A stretch of DNA of 64,000 nt, from assembly GCF_009914755.1 (NCBI RefSeq), contig NC_060927.1; one strand, given 5' to 3'. The notes under the pieces were generated by a model. It was not told where the DNA came from. It saw only the letters and a list, made by a program, of their open reading frames with translations, and searched no databases. Positions 44,057 through 61,306 of this stretch are shown here, piece after piece. This DNA comes from the human T2T-CHM13v2.0 reference genome, Homo sapiens. A program made the position numbers and the translations under genes. Each line of letters starts with the position of its first letter. Position 1 is the stretch's first letter.

Positions 44057-46826
44057 TACAGTTACCAAATAATTTATCATCCTAAGATAGACTATTAGAT
44101 TCTTTTGAAATTGGTATTTGAACACCAACAATAATATAAGCAGAATAATCTTCTTAGTACATACACCTGTACTTCAATCAGTTTCTTGGCTGTACTTGTC
44201 TCTTACCACATCACCAGTAAGTTTCTAGAAGAATGTCAGGAAAAATGTCAGTCTTTATTATTTTTATTATTTTCATAAAATTGCCTACAGTATCCTTCAA
44301 AGTTGTATTTTATAGTTAATAAATACAATTTATTTAATTATACCTTCAAATGTCAGTATTTCTGGCCCATAATATTAACTGAGAAAATATTCGTTCCACA
44401 GGTACTAGAGTTACCTGTTAGCATACCAAATTTCCCTAAATTGAGGATATTCTCAATTCTACTATGTGGTATTGAAGTCCCTAAATATAACAGCCCAAAT
44501 ATTTTATAGGTCATCATTTAAACTCTATTCTGAATATCTTTGACAAATATTTTTACAAGATGAAATTCATCAAATAAATAAACTTGCTTTATAATTGCTT
44601 GAAATGTTTGGCCAAATTTGGATGCTGCAAAATTGTAGGCCTCATCAATTTCATTTCTATACGGAATTCACATTATCTGATTTAAAATAGGAGTTCCATC
44701 AAAAGCTTCTTCCCACTGGTGAGAGGCTTCCAAATACAGTTACAGAATTTCAGAATTAAAAAATGTTCACTTTTTGAGCTCACATTTAACTTGTTCGGTT
44801 CTTCACTGGTTTTTTCAGGGATAAAAATGGTAATATTGTCCTGTTTGCAATCTTTTTTTTACCAACAACTGAAATTTGCTAACAGTCTCAAAAGAAATTG
44901 TGTACATATGTATGTTCATTCTTTGAGTTATTAAAATTTCCAACAGAGTCTGAACAACATGTAACTACAATTTAGAGTGCACATTTACAAAAGTTTAATA
45001 ACATCAATGGAACACTTACACTGATTTACAAAATAGTTTCTCAAAGTCTCAAACATTTCTAAAACCTAACTGATAGCTCAAGTACTTATTTGTATTCAAC
45101 ATTAGTCTCAAAACAGAAACTTTGTAGTTTGGTTATCTACGTATATATAAAATTATTTATAAATGTTGGTAGTTAGCTACAGTTTCTATTCAAGTGATAT
45201 ATATTGCAGTTTGGATGCAATTATAAAATATATGGTCACTATAATCACTTCCAAGTATGGTACATATTTGCTCCATGGGTTTCTGAATCTAGTAAAACCA
45301 GTTTTTACCACAATATGTTCTCCACCAAAATTCAAATTTAGGCTGGATACAGCGGCTCACACCTATAATCCCAACCTTTTGGGAGTCTCAGACAGGAAGA
45401 TTACTTGAGACCAAGAGTTCAAAATCAACCTGGGTAACATAGCAAGACCCTGTCTCCACAAAAAGTTTTAAAAAAGAAATTAGGCAGGCATGGTGGTGCA
45501 CACTTGTGGTCCCAGCTACTCGGAAATCTGAGGCAAGAGGATAGCTTGAGACCACGAGTCAAGGCTGCAGTGAGCTATGATCATAACACTACATTCCAGC
45601 CTGGGTGACAGAGGGGGACTCTGTCTCTTTAACAAATTTTTTTAAAAATTAAAAATTCAAATGTGTTTAATCACCACAAAATCAAATAACTTTATGTTCA
45701 ATGTTAAACTTTTTAATGGAATTCATAATTATTTCAAATAATGTTAGATGCTTTACCTTCAACAGAATGAAATTCTGTTGACTTAATTTGTTGTTTGATT
45801 CCGTGTACTGGATGGAAAAAATCAAACTATTATTGGTATTACCTTAACTGAGTTTCTATTTGAAACATCCAATGGTATTAATGTGAAGCTGGCACCATTT
45901 ATTGTCTATAAAGAAGTTCTGTAAACAGTGCAATACATTAAAAGTTATCAATCCTCTTTTTGAATGTGTTTTAAAAATGTTAGAATCCAACGTAAGTGAA
46001 ATTAATTTAGAAAAATTCAATCTAAATGAAAAGTCATGCTTCACAGGATAAAATGTAAACACATTTTCTTTCACTTTGTGTGGACACAGTCTCCTGAAAA
46101 TATGTACTAATTCTGAAACAGATGCAGTACCTTCTTTAGCAAATGGGTCCCCTGATTTGTATATGCTTGGTGATTTCATTATGTCCCCAAGAGTAGATAG
46201 TAAATGTCAAAAATATTTTATAGAAGTTAATGTTTATGGTCAACTTCCTTGAAAAATAGGGGGAAATTATGTAATATTTCAGTAAACAAGCTCAGTTATT
46301 TTTAAGCTCATAGCTGCCAAAATGGTTTCTTACAATGTATATATTTTTTAAACTTTACCAAATGATAAAAATAAATATTTGTGAGTTTACAGTATTCAAA
46401 AATGACAAAACCATAAAACCTACTTTATTAAGAACACTCAGACTGCTTCTTTACACTCTGCAGCGGGACTTCTCAGCCTTTATTTCAGATAAATTTCATG
46501 AAAACTAACCTAAAGTTTCCTATCCGTCCCCAACCCTACTGACCAAATTGAATTACTGGTCCCTAGCCACTTACACCAGAGCACACATTCCCTGAAACAG
46601 AGGTGTTCATAATGGTGTGCACAGAAAGGGTTAGGAGAAAAGGGATTGCTGGTCATCTTTCACAGAGCACCATATAAGCATCTCACACACTACAAGAGAA
46701 GACCATGAAGAAATAGGAACTGCACATAGTCTCCTTGTAATAATACTTTAGCATAAAATGAAAAATCTGAGACAATGCTAACCCAGGAGTCACTGTCCCA
46801 GATAAACTGACATAAATAGTCACTTC
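44057..46826 (-). mobile_element. Near-full-length fossil hAT DNA transposon (BLACKJACK-like) with a dead transposase
   Basis: Ends resemble MER94/Blackjack termini ('gttaccaaataatttatcatcc'; 'actgtcccagataaactgacataaatagtcac'); minus-strand peptides LDVSNRNSVKVIPI, FCGD, HIFYNCIQT, VPVERIFSQL; splits a MIR. Confidence 0.75.
45341..45651 (+). mobile_element. Alu (AluJo-like) inserted in the hAT transposase
   Basis: TSD AAAATTCAAAT at 45327-45337 and 45652-45662. Confidence 0.92.
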
Positions 46827-47059
46827 TTTATATAATTATCTCATTTACTGCCCATGGCACCCCCATTAGATGGTTCTACTATAATCCACATTTTCATGTA
46901 AGAAAATGTTGCCTTTAGATGTTTACAGTGGGTGGAACGTGTTCCAGGGTCCATGCATATAATCAACACTTAATATTGCTTCTCAGTGAAACCGAAAAAA
47001 GTGCATGGAAATAAGCCCTACATTAAAATTTAGCGTATACTACAGCTTTTAAAATCCAT

Positions 47060-48400
<1,341 letters not shown>

Positions 48401-49081
48401 TTTCTTATGGCAGAGAGACATACTAGGAATTTTACAGCATCAAAATTCTAAAAGTTGGGTATATCATACAGGTATCTTTCTGAACTGGGAAATGACTAGC
48501 TTGCTACACGGATGAGAGAAGAAAAATATTGAAATGAGTAAGATATATGTTTGGATGAAAATGATTAAATGTTGGCATTATCTCCATATTATCTTCCACA
48601 GCTCAAATGGTCAATTTATATCTTTCTCTGAAAAAAAAATCCTGCTTATTTAAAAAAAGTAAAAAAAAAAAAAAAATCCATTGTGTACCCCAGCTATGGC
48701 ACACAGCACAAAATACTGACCACCCTGAGAAAATGTCCTCCAAAACTCCTTCACCTCATGGTGGTCAACCCAAGCCAAGAACTACGAAAAAGAAAAGGTG
48801 CCCTTCTGTGTGTCTGCTTCTGCAGTGAGACACAAGAGGAAGGCAGCTCTGAGGCCTGGCAGTCACATTCAACTGTCTGTCCCACCTTCACGGAAGAGTG
48901 AGGTGAGGTAATAGAAAGACTGCCAGTCCTGCCTCCGACTTTCTGCTCTTCAAGTACTTTATTCAAACGATGAAAGGGAAGAATGACCAAGATGCTGCAT
49001 TCTACCTTACATGCCACATTAGGAGAGAATGGCTTTGCCCATGCTTCCCCACCCACAGGGCCTCCCTGCAAACCTGTATTT

Positions 49082-49369
<288 letters not shown>

Positions 49370-49692
49370 AAACCTGTATTTCTTTAAGACAGTGTATGCA
49401 CAGCCTCCTCAGAGAATCTTCCTTCCCTCCCCATGACTGATGTTGGCCTCTCATCATTCTTTTCCATATGTGGGCACTGCCAGCTGAACTGCCAGCCTCC
49501 CTTCCTATCTTCCTCCTTCTGAAGGAAACCTTCCTCTGACTCGGACGTGCCCCTTCCCTAACAGGGGCCATTAACCTCAGGGAAAGCTGGCTCTACCCAC
49601 CCCCAGAGGTGGACCAGACTGGCTGTCGTGACTGGTTAAGCCAATCAGGGAATGACTTCTATCTACTCACAGGAATAAGCAATTCGGGCTAA

Positions 49693-50346
<654 letters not shown>

Positions 50347-50614
50347 ATTCTCACTCTTAAGAGATGGCAACTGGACCAGCCAGCTTCTCTCTTCCTCTGG
50401 CTGTTAATGGCAGGCAGAAATTGCTGCAGCCATTTTGCCTCCAGTGCAATGACAGGAATCACTGAGAACTCAATCACCAGATTTGGCTATGCCCCAGGGC
50501 TACCCCCACTCTGAACTGCCAGTGAAATGAACTAAGGCATTCGCTTACTATTTAAGCCTGTTTGGTAAGAATTTCTGTAACATGGGAATGAAAACTGATA
50601 GAATGGACAACTGC

Positions 50615-51448
<834 letters not shown>

Positions 51449-51674
51449 CAAGAAGAAAAAATAACGGTGCTCCATAATGTTTTCGCATCATTATTGTCAC
51501 CACCACTGTGTAATGTGACTACGATTGACTCTTCCACAGACAGTGAACTCCTGCAATAAAGATTATGTTATCATCCTCACATCTTCCAGGCCTAGAAAGA
51601 ACCTGGCTCACACAACCAGGTATGGCACTGGAAGCAAGTCATTAATACCTTACCAAGCTCAGTTTCCTAATTTC

Positions 51675-52701
<1,027 letters not shown>

Positions 52702-52789
52702 GCCAGCTGGACCAGACTATGGCCAAGGTCCCTAGTCACCACGACCCGTTGTGATTACAGTATTTTAGATGAAATAGGAAAAGATCGAA

Positions 52790-52945
52790 CTATGTGACTG
52801 AGTAAGCTCTTAACCTCTCTGGAACTCAGTTTTCTCATCTATAAAATGGAGATGCAAGTCTCTTCCCTGTAAGGTTGCTGTCAGGATAGAATGAATTACA
52901 CATATAAAACATTACAACAGCGCTGGCACTCACTAAGCATTTTGA
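52790..52945 (+). mobile_element. MIR SINE
   Basis: 'cttaacctctctggaactcagttttctcatctataaaatggag'. Confidence 0.8.
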
Positions 52946-53504
52946 ATGCCGTGGTGGTTGCAGAGCTGGCATTTGCTGACTAGTCCCTTATATATGATCC
53001 TAGACAGAATCACTGCAAATCAAATTCTATCCCATGAAAATCATCATCGAGCACCAGTATATTTCTTTGCACAGTATTTTCATTCACTATTCCACTAACT
53101 TAGGAAATTCCAAAGATGCATTCCCACCTTCAGTTTCTTTTTTTCTTTCTCTTGGGGGATATGGAAAGAAAGAAAGAAAATGCAAGTAAGTATAGCAAAC
53201 AGCAAGTAAACATTTTTCATCTTCTACTTGCAAAGCCAAGGGCTGATTCTAGACCACTACAAAGTACTTCCATATGTCTCCATCCTAGACAAAAAGGAAA
53301 AAGGGCCAAGCATGGAGGCCTGATGATAGGAGTTTGGGTTTAAAACCAAGACTCTCCAACCAAGTCTCAGTCTTGGGCTTCTATCCTCCGAGCTGTCAAG
53401 AAATGGAGGGATATGAAAGAACTCTACATGAGTCCTCCCAATGGTTGTTTCTGCCTGGACAGGGAGCAATGATAATCACTGTGGGCATAATAAGGGCAAC
53501 CACA

Positions 53505-54000
53505 GTAGTGCCTATGATTTATTGAGGGCTCCTTATGTTCTAGGCCTTCTGCCCTGTTCCAAGTAAATTACATACATTAACTTACCTAATCTTCACCACC
53601 AGCCTTACGCAGCAGGTGCTATCATACCATTTTGTGGGTAAGAAAACTGAAGCACAGAAATGTTAATAGCTTGTCTAAGGGTCATGCGGCTTGTCAGTGG
53701 CCAGGCTGGGGATGTGAACCAGACTCTGGCTCAGTATCTACTGAACTATGTGTTGGGCTGGATTCTTGACTAGGCACAATGAACTACTGCCTTTAACCAA
53801 CAGAGTCATAAGCGCTAATATTATTGACCTTTCACTGAGGGCTTAGGATATGACAGACACTGGGCATCATGTGAATTATCCTTACAACAACCCAGACAGG
53901 TACCTATTATCAACAACAAAATCATTTTACAGAAGAGTAAACTGAGGCTAAGAAATTGACCCAAGGTCACCCAAATACTAAGGGACCACACTGAGGCTCA
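53505..54000 (-). mobile_element. Two tandem MIR SINEs
   Basis: 'gaaaactgaagcacaga' and 'cattttacagaagagtaaactgaggct...cccaaggtcac'. Confidence 0.7.
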
Positions 54001-55589
54001 GTTCTATTTTGTCTGCTTCAGAGATGATACATGTCAGGAATAGAATAATTTGGTTTTTCTATTAGTGGAACTGGATCTTTCTTGGGTCTTACTCAAATAA
54101 GAAGTTGAGCAAAGACTTCTGGGCCCAACAGATACATAATCTGGACTTCCTGGGCCCATTCCTTTGTCTCTATTTTATTTGGTATTCCCTCCCACTCATG
54201 CAATCGCTCCCTGTTCTCATCCCTTCCTTTAAGAGCAATGGGAAGAGAAGCATTGTGCCCCTAGCAAGTGCCCTTCCAGGAAAATACAGAATGTGAGCCT
54301 GCTGAGGTTGGAGAGATGAATGAGGAGCCAGGCTGGCCATGCAAGGCAAAGTGGGAGCAAACTGCAGAGGGGTGTGTGTATGTGTATGTGTGTGACTGTG
54401 GCCAGGGAGTGGCTGGGGAGGAGCAAGCTGAAGGAAAAGGAACAACATCCTGGCTCAGTGGAGCCCTAGGGGAGAGATGCAAAAGCTCTGGCTACTCTAT
54501 GGGGTGCAGTAGGTTGTTTCAGATGCTTTCTTACTAAAAGCAAGACATAGATGGGCATCTTGTACATATGACCCACTTCTGAGTTTAACAAAAAAGGGCA
54601 CATGGAGAGGCCCCCTAGGATGGCAGACCAAGCTGGGCAAATTTTATTCAACTCAATGCATGTCTAAGGGCTCAGTGCATGCAAAGATCGGCAACTGGCT
54701 GAGAACAGAGTCACCTTACCTACCGCAAAGGCAAAGCAACTGTGGGTTCTCTCTAAATCCTTCAGGACAAAGAACCAAAGTAAGTCTTAAGGACAATGCT
54801 TTATTTAGATATAACCACCGGGCTGTGAGAATATTTAAACATTTGGAAAACTTTGTATTGTAGCCATGAAAATGTGGTATTCTAGTCTTGGGTCTTCAAT
54901 ATGTAAATTTTTCTACATTTCAGAATATGAGGATATATGTAACACAGTCTCAAACCCAGAGGAGACTTTGTAACTCTATAAACAGGGTGTGAATTCACTT
55001 ATTAAAGATATTTTCCTTGCACCCAAGGTGGAACGTCAAAGACAATGTGACCAAATGACAACTGCAATCCTGTGCCACTCGACAAGTAAAACCGTGTTTT
55101 CAACACTGTCTCAAAAAATGAGGGCTTTCCTCTCTCTCACCTTTCCTAAGGAGCTGGGCAAGCTGGTGCCAAACTGCCGTATGACTTCATCTCTGAAATC
55201 TGAATGGCACGTGTGAATACCCACAGTATGCCAGATTATCAGTAAGGTGATAATGCTTGTATATTATACCTGCTTGGCACCATTTGAATGAGGTTCCCTC
55301 AGGCCACTTAAGGTTTCACTTCCTGTTACTTGCACCTGCACTAATTTCAGAAGCAAATAAAAAACCCAGCAAAACCGTATTTTAGGACCTTATTCAAAAG
55401 CAAACAGACAAAAACCAAAGCAAGTCAACACAAACCCCAAAACACAGCAATAAGGTAATTAACCTGATGTTCCAAAGCTCATGCCACATATACAAGGTAG
55501 GCTTCCTTCAGTTTTTTCGTAATCTTTGCAAAGTTCTCATCCGTTATCTGCCTTGGCTATTTAATGTGACTTTTAACCAATAACGATAC

Positions 55590-55810
55590 AATAGTAATAA
55601 TCAGAAAAGCTAACATATATAAAGCTCCTGTATTTGCCAGGCACCCTGTGTCACATTCCACATGGATTATCTCATTTAATCCACCGAACAAATTGATGAG
55701 GTAAGTTCTTTATTCTGTCCTTTTAAACCCACACAAACATACACACACATTTATGGAAGATCAAGGTAAATCAGAAAGGTTAATAAGCTTTGAGTCACCC
55801 AACAAGTGTT
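55590..55810 (-). mobile_element. MIR SINE
   Basis: 'tgccaggcacc...attatctcatttaatcc'. Confidence 0.65.
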
Positions 55811-56112
55811 AAAAGTCTCTGGTTGGCCGACCTTGAGTCGCTGCCCGTAACTACCACGTTGCAGTGTGACTGACACACATGACCACATTGGATGAGGATT
55901 TGGTTACACCCTTGGCCAGTGATGCAGGCTGAGATTAGCAACACTCTTTATCCCTGGAGTTAAATGTCAATTACAGAGTTTTCTTAAAAATTATTTGTAA
56001 GTGGGAATTTATATTTCAGTGGACGGGCAGACAATCATTTTGGGGAAGTTATTTCCATAACATTTTTGGAGGATGGAAATTGAAAAGAGAAAGAAAATAA
56101 ATCAAATCATTA

Positions 56113-56395
56113 CAGGCAGTGGCTCAGGCCTGTAATCTCAGCACTTTGGGAGGCTGAGGTGGGTGGATCACCTGAGGTCAGGAGTTCAAGACCAGCCAGG
56201 CCAACATGCTGAAATTCCGTCTCTATTAAAAATACAAAAATTAGCAGGGCGTGGTGGTACACGCCTGTAGTCTCAGAGGCAGGAGAATCTCTTGAACCCG
56301 GGAGGCGAGGTTGCAGGGAGCCGAGATCGCACCACTGCACTCCAGCCTGGGCGACAGAGCAAGACTTTGTCTCAAAGAAAAAAGAAAAATGAAAG
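56113..56395 (+). mobile_element. Alu (AluS) with a right-arm deletion
   Basis: 'gtagtctcagaggcagg' lacks ~15 nt; TSD-like TCAAATCAT. Confidence 0.92.
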
Positions 56396-58514
56396 AAGTC
56401 AAATCATCCACTGAGGAGTTAGGGGCTATACAGATACCAATGTCTTCTGTCAATTTGTCCATAGTGGAGTGTTAGGGGTTAAAAAAAGGATGAGAAATGA
56501 TGGCTTCACGGGCTTCAGACTACCAGACCACATTAACCCACGGGCAGGCCTTCTATAGGGATACCAGGCACACTGCAGCAGGAAGGCAACATTCCTTATT
56601 GGTACCTTTGAAACAGTACTTTATTGTTAGGATATTTTATTTTGGTTGTTACCAATTCGTTGTGTAAAACTCGTTGGGTAAGAGAGAGTCTCTGCTAAAT
56701 ACACATATTTGGTGGCAGTGATGGGGGGGGAGCTAAACAGACTCTTAATAAGAAATTCAAATCAAGAATTACTCAAGACGACACCTGCCTTCTGGCCTAA
56801 TGGAAAAATCAATCTGTCAGGTCTTAATTAAGTGCTCAGGCTAGAAAGAAAAAGCGGCAGCTTATACTTGGTATAGTACCTAGTATATTTTCGGTAGTCA
56901 AAATGTAACTAAAAGCCGTATTTGTTGCAGAAATGGTAACTATGCATAAAGATGGCCCATTTGATCCTGGGCGGCCATCTATTTAGTAAATAAAAGGTTG
57001 AAGCAGATGAATCTCATAAGCTTGTTGACAAAGATCTCTACGCATAATGATGTTGGGTTTGGATGTTTAAATGATGTTTGTATTAGAATGCCCAACTGAG
57101 GATGTCCAAAAATAAGGTAGGGGGTAACGCTGGGTGATCACAGAGCAATACTTTCTGCCCCAGAAGTCATTTGGGGTCGATAAAGGAGTACATGAGAGAA
57201 GAGGTGAACAAATGAGATATAAATAAATCAACGAGTGAATCAGTCAATAAATGAACACAGATCCATGTGTTACTTCCACAATGGCCAAGGAAACAACCAA
57301 TTCTCCACTCTATTGTGTATAATCTCCCAAAAGCGCACAGGTATATGAACATCCACATCTCTCACTGACCACCATGACAGCAGTTAAAGATTCTGCCCGA
57401 GCCGCTCCTCATGCACTCAGCACAGATGTGGCTGAATGTGCGTCTCACGGGGGTTATGATCACGGTAGGGAGTGACAGTTGGCAAATGTGAGGTCCCTCT
57501 TCCCAACCTGCAAAGCAGCACAGCCAGTTTATTCTCCAACTGCCCTGACAGAGGTGGGGAAATAGAGACATTGAAAACGGTGAGTGGATTACAAGTTAAT
57601 AACTGGTTTGCAAATGGTGAGCTGTCCTGAGCCACATTCTCGTTCCCCAAGGAACTCAACACCAGACACCTTGCCAGGGAAAAATAATACAGACAGACTA
57701 CGTAAACACATTCAAATCCCAAACCTGACTATAAAACCCTTGTGTAGTCTAATGTTTGACCCAACTAAAGTATCATTTCCAGTCCCTGTAGTGTGAAAAT
57801 TAAGGTTGTTGTGAAAAGGCAATCCAACGGGCAATTTGGAAAATAGATAGGAATGCTCTGACGTTCAAAATCTATGACTGTGAGGGAGAGAAGCCCAACA
57901 GGGGATCACGCATTTTTCCTTCCTTCAACTTATTTTTCCTTCCTTTCCTTATTATGTACCAGACCCATGGGTGGGGAAGTCAATGCTGTTCTCTGGAAAA
58001 AAAGCACTGTGCCCTCCATTGATTTTGAAAGAGCACCCTCCTGAAGGCGCTGGGCTGACACCAGTGCCCACCTGCTCTGCTCATCTTCAGCTTCAAAAGG
58101 CCACAGGGACATGAGAAGTGTCTCCTTGAGCCTGGGCCCTGGGTGCTCCTAATAATCTCATCACACCCCATCCCCTGAAACACACACACACCCATCTTCT
58201 CCCTGGGCTCTCAGAATCAGTCTCTCCCTCACCTCACAAAGCACTCCCTCCCAACATTCACAGCCCCCACAAAACTGCTGCATACCATTGTGTCAGGAGG
58301 AGCTATTGTGCTGGAATGATGAGGATAGGAAAAAAGAGGCTGATGGCCCAAACAATGTGGGCAAAGTGGGAACAAAGCAAAAAAGCACAGGAGATAAGAT
58401 TTTTAAACTTCCCCATTTCCATCATCAAACATTCTAAAGAAAAATGAGAAAGTGGACGGTCAATACATTGTTTCCATAAAACACAACTTCAGGTAACAGA
58501 AACAATTCTCATTA

Positions 58515-58695
58515 TTAATAAACAGCCAAGAATCAAGTGTTTACCATGAGCCAACACTGTTAGGGGCTTTGCACACATTTGCTCATTTATGTCTCCCATC
58601 AATCCTAACATCAGGTTCCATCACTGCCACCGAGATAAACCGAAACGCAGAGACTCCGTCATTTGCTCAGGATGCCAAAGCTACTAAGTGGCAGA
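58515..58695 (-). mobile_element. MIR SINE
   Basis: 'gctttgcacacatttgctcattt...tttgctcaggatgccaaagctactaagtggcaga'. Confidence 0.65.
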
Positions 58696-59230
58696 TAATC
58701 AGTGCATATTAAAGGAGAGAATTCAAGCTACTTAGTCTAAGGTGAAACATTCCAGAATGATCTAATTATCTTAAGATTCTAAAATGTGGTACTACCAAAA
58801 AATCCACTCTTGGCTTCAAACCAGTTGGACTTATACCCTTAGGGAAGCTGTTAGCTTTATTAGTGAGGGAGCCCCAACTGTCCAATGCAGTGGTACCGCA
58901 CGTCCATAAAATGACTTTTGCATTCTGTAAGCCTTGGGTCAACCACATCTCTACTTGATGGGGCTCGATTAGCTTGCAATTCCTGAAAGCAGTGAAACAA
59001 ATAGTGCACTTCCGGAAAGAATCTCCTTATTTAACAACTAACACTTTGGGATAAAAGAAAGAAAAGAGTGGACGTTCTTTCCTGAGGCTGCCTTCAGGTT
59101 GTAGGCCCTGCAGGCCTCTTCCAGAATGAAGCAGGTCACAATGAAGGGCAGGTGACAATGAAGAAGGGCAGGGAAGGTGACTGAGATGGAAGATACAGTC
59201 AAAATGGTAAAATCCTGGGAGAAGGGCTAT

Positions 59231-59409
59231 AGAAGAAAAGAAAGAAAATGAAAGAAAGGAAGGGAGGAAGGGAGGAAGGGAGGAAGGAAGGAAGGAAGGA
59301 AAGGAGGGAAGGGGAGGGGAGGGGAGGGGAGGGGAAGAGGGGGGGAGGAGAGGGGAGGGGAAATTAAAAAAAGAAAGAAAAGGAAGGGAAGGGGAGGGAA
59401 GGAAAGAAA
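59231..59409 (+). repeat. Polypurine GA-rich simple repeat (GGAA/GGGA/GGGGA)
   Basis: Purine-only 59250-59363; (GGAA)5 and (GGGGA)5 blocks. Confidence 0.92.
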
Positions 59410-59704
59410 CTCGAGCAGGATTCGCCTCCCTCATGGGACCTTGCAGAAGGCCTGCAGAGAATACCCAGTCCTGGAAATGGCTAAGATGTTGTACTCAATG
59501 CATATCTAGGAGAAGGTATGTGCTTCCTGAGGAATTTGAACCCAATTTGATTCAGCAATAGAGTACACTTAGATGGATGAGTGCAAGCTGTACAGGAGGG
59601 CCTCAGGCTGCTATGCCTGTCCCAACCTGGTCCTCCTGTTCTACAGAGGAAGAACCCTTGGTGCAGAGAAACAAAGCCCTTCAAGACAGTTTCTGAATCT
59701 CAGG

Positions 59705-59899
59705 CAGAGCTGGTTTCATGGACATGTGACCTGTGCAGTCCCACAGGGCCCCACATACAGAAAAGCCCCAAGCTCAGAAGAGCCCCACCCTTGGTTTAAT
59801 GCTCTGCCATCACCTTCTTGAAATACTTACTACTTTTTAAATAGGGACCCCAAATTTTAATTTTTCAATGGGCCAGCAGATTATACAGCTGGTCTTCTG
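59705..59899 (+). mobile_element. MER91A-like hAT-Tip100 MITE
   Basis: 'ggtttcatggacatgtgacctgtgcagtcccacagggcccc...ttggtttaatgctctg'. Confidence 0.8.
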
Positions 59900-59918
59900 C
59901 TTTTTGTTTGTTCCCTGA

Positions 59919-60228
<310 letters not shown>

Positions 60229-61034
60229 TGAATTTTCAAATGCCTCATAAGACTTGGATTTTTATACCACATTTTTACAGACAACTTGTTTCATGGGCTA
60301 TTTACACTCTATGAGACCTGGTTGTCCTAGATTCTCAAAAATTTTTATTTAATGCAGAGAACAGCATTTTTTTCACTTCATCCCTAATACATGCTCCAAG
60401 CTGCAAACCAAAATGTGTTAAGTATGACTGTCAGAGCTCAAGAAAAAGCAAGACACAGATGTCACTAATGGGCAGAATAGGGGTATGAAGGGACAGGATA
60501 CATTTTCTACCTCAAGGAGCTGAGAGTCTGAACTACTTATGAAAGAGCAGTTCCGTTTACCAAATATGCACATGTGTACACAAGTGCATGCAGACGTACA
60601 GCACACATATCCACAGAAAACACTTGCAACTCCACAGGCCCATTACGGCCTTATTCCCATCTCATGTAATGTAAATTACAAATGCAGAGACCATTTGGTC
60701 CTTATAGTGCTGCCCTCAAAGAAAGAAGGAAAACCAAATATAAATGCATACAATGGAAGAGCAAGTACTTATTAAGAATCATATAGAAGACAGTTGTATT
60801 ATACTGGAAAATACTCTGCTACAGAGTGAAAGAACAGCATGTAACAAAACAGTATAAGGAACATCATCTATATATTTTATATTTTTAAATATGAGTAGTA
60901 TATTCATATATATACATATACACACATACACATAGAGAGAGAGAAAGACACATATGTGCCAACGTAGGTATCTACATTCACAAGTGTATGTAAATACAGT
61001 TATGGATATCATTACGATCCTAATGGCTATGTGA

Positions 61035-61306
<272 letters not shown>

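Noticed and set aside
45856-46179. 107-aa ORF as an intact or domesticated transposase
   Set aside because: Only part matches the transposase-like frame; the surrounding coding region has many stops, frameshifts and an Alu insertion.
59027-59434. 135-aa Pro/Ser/Phe-rich ORF
   Set aside because: Translation of the stop-free polypyrimidine strand of a simple repeat.
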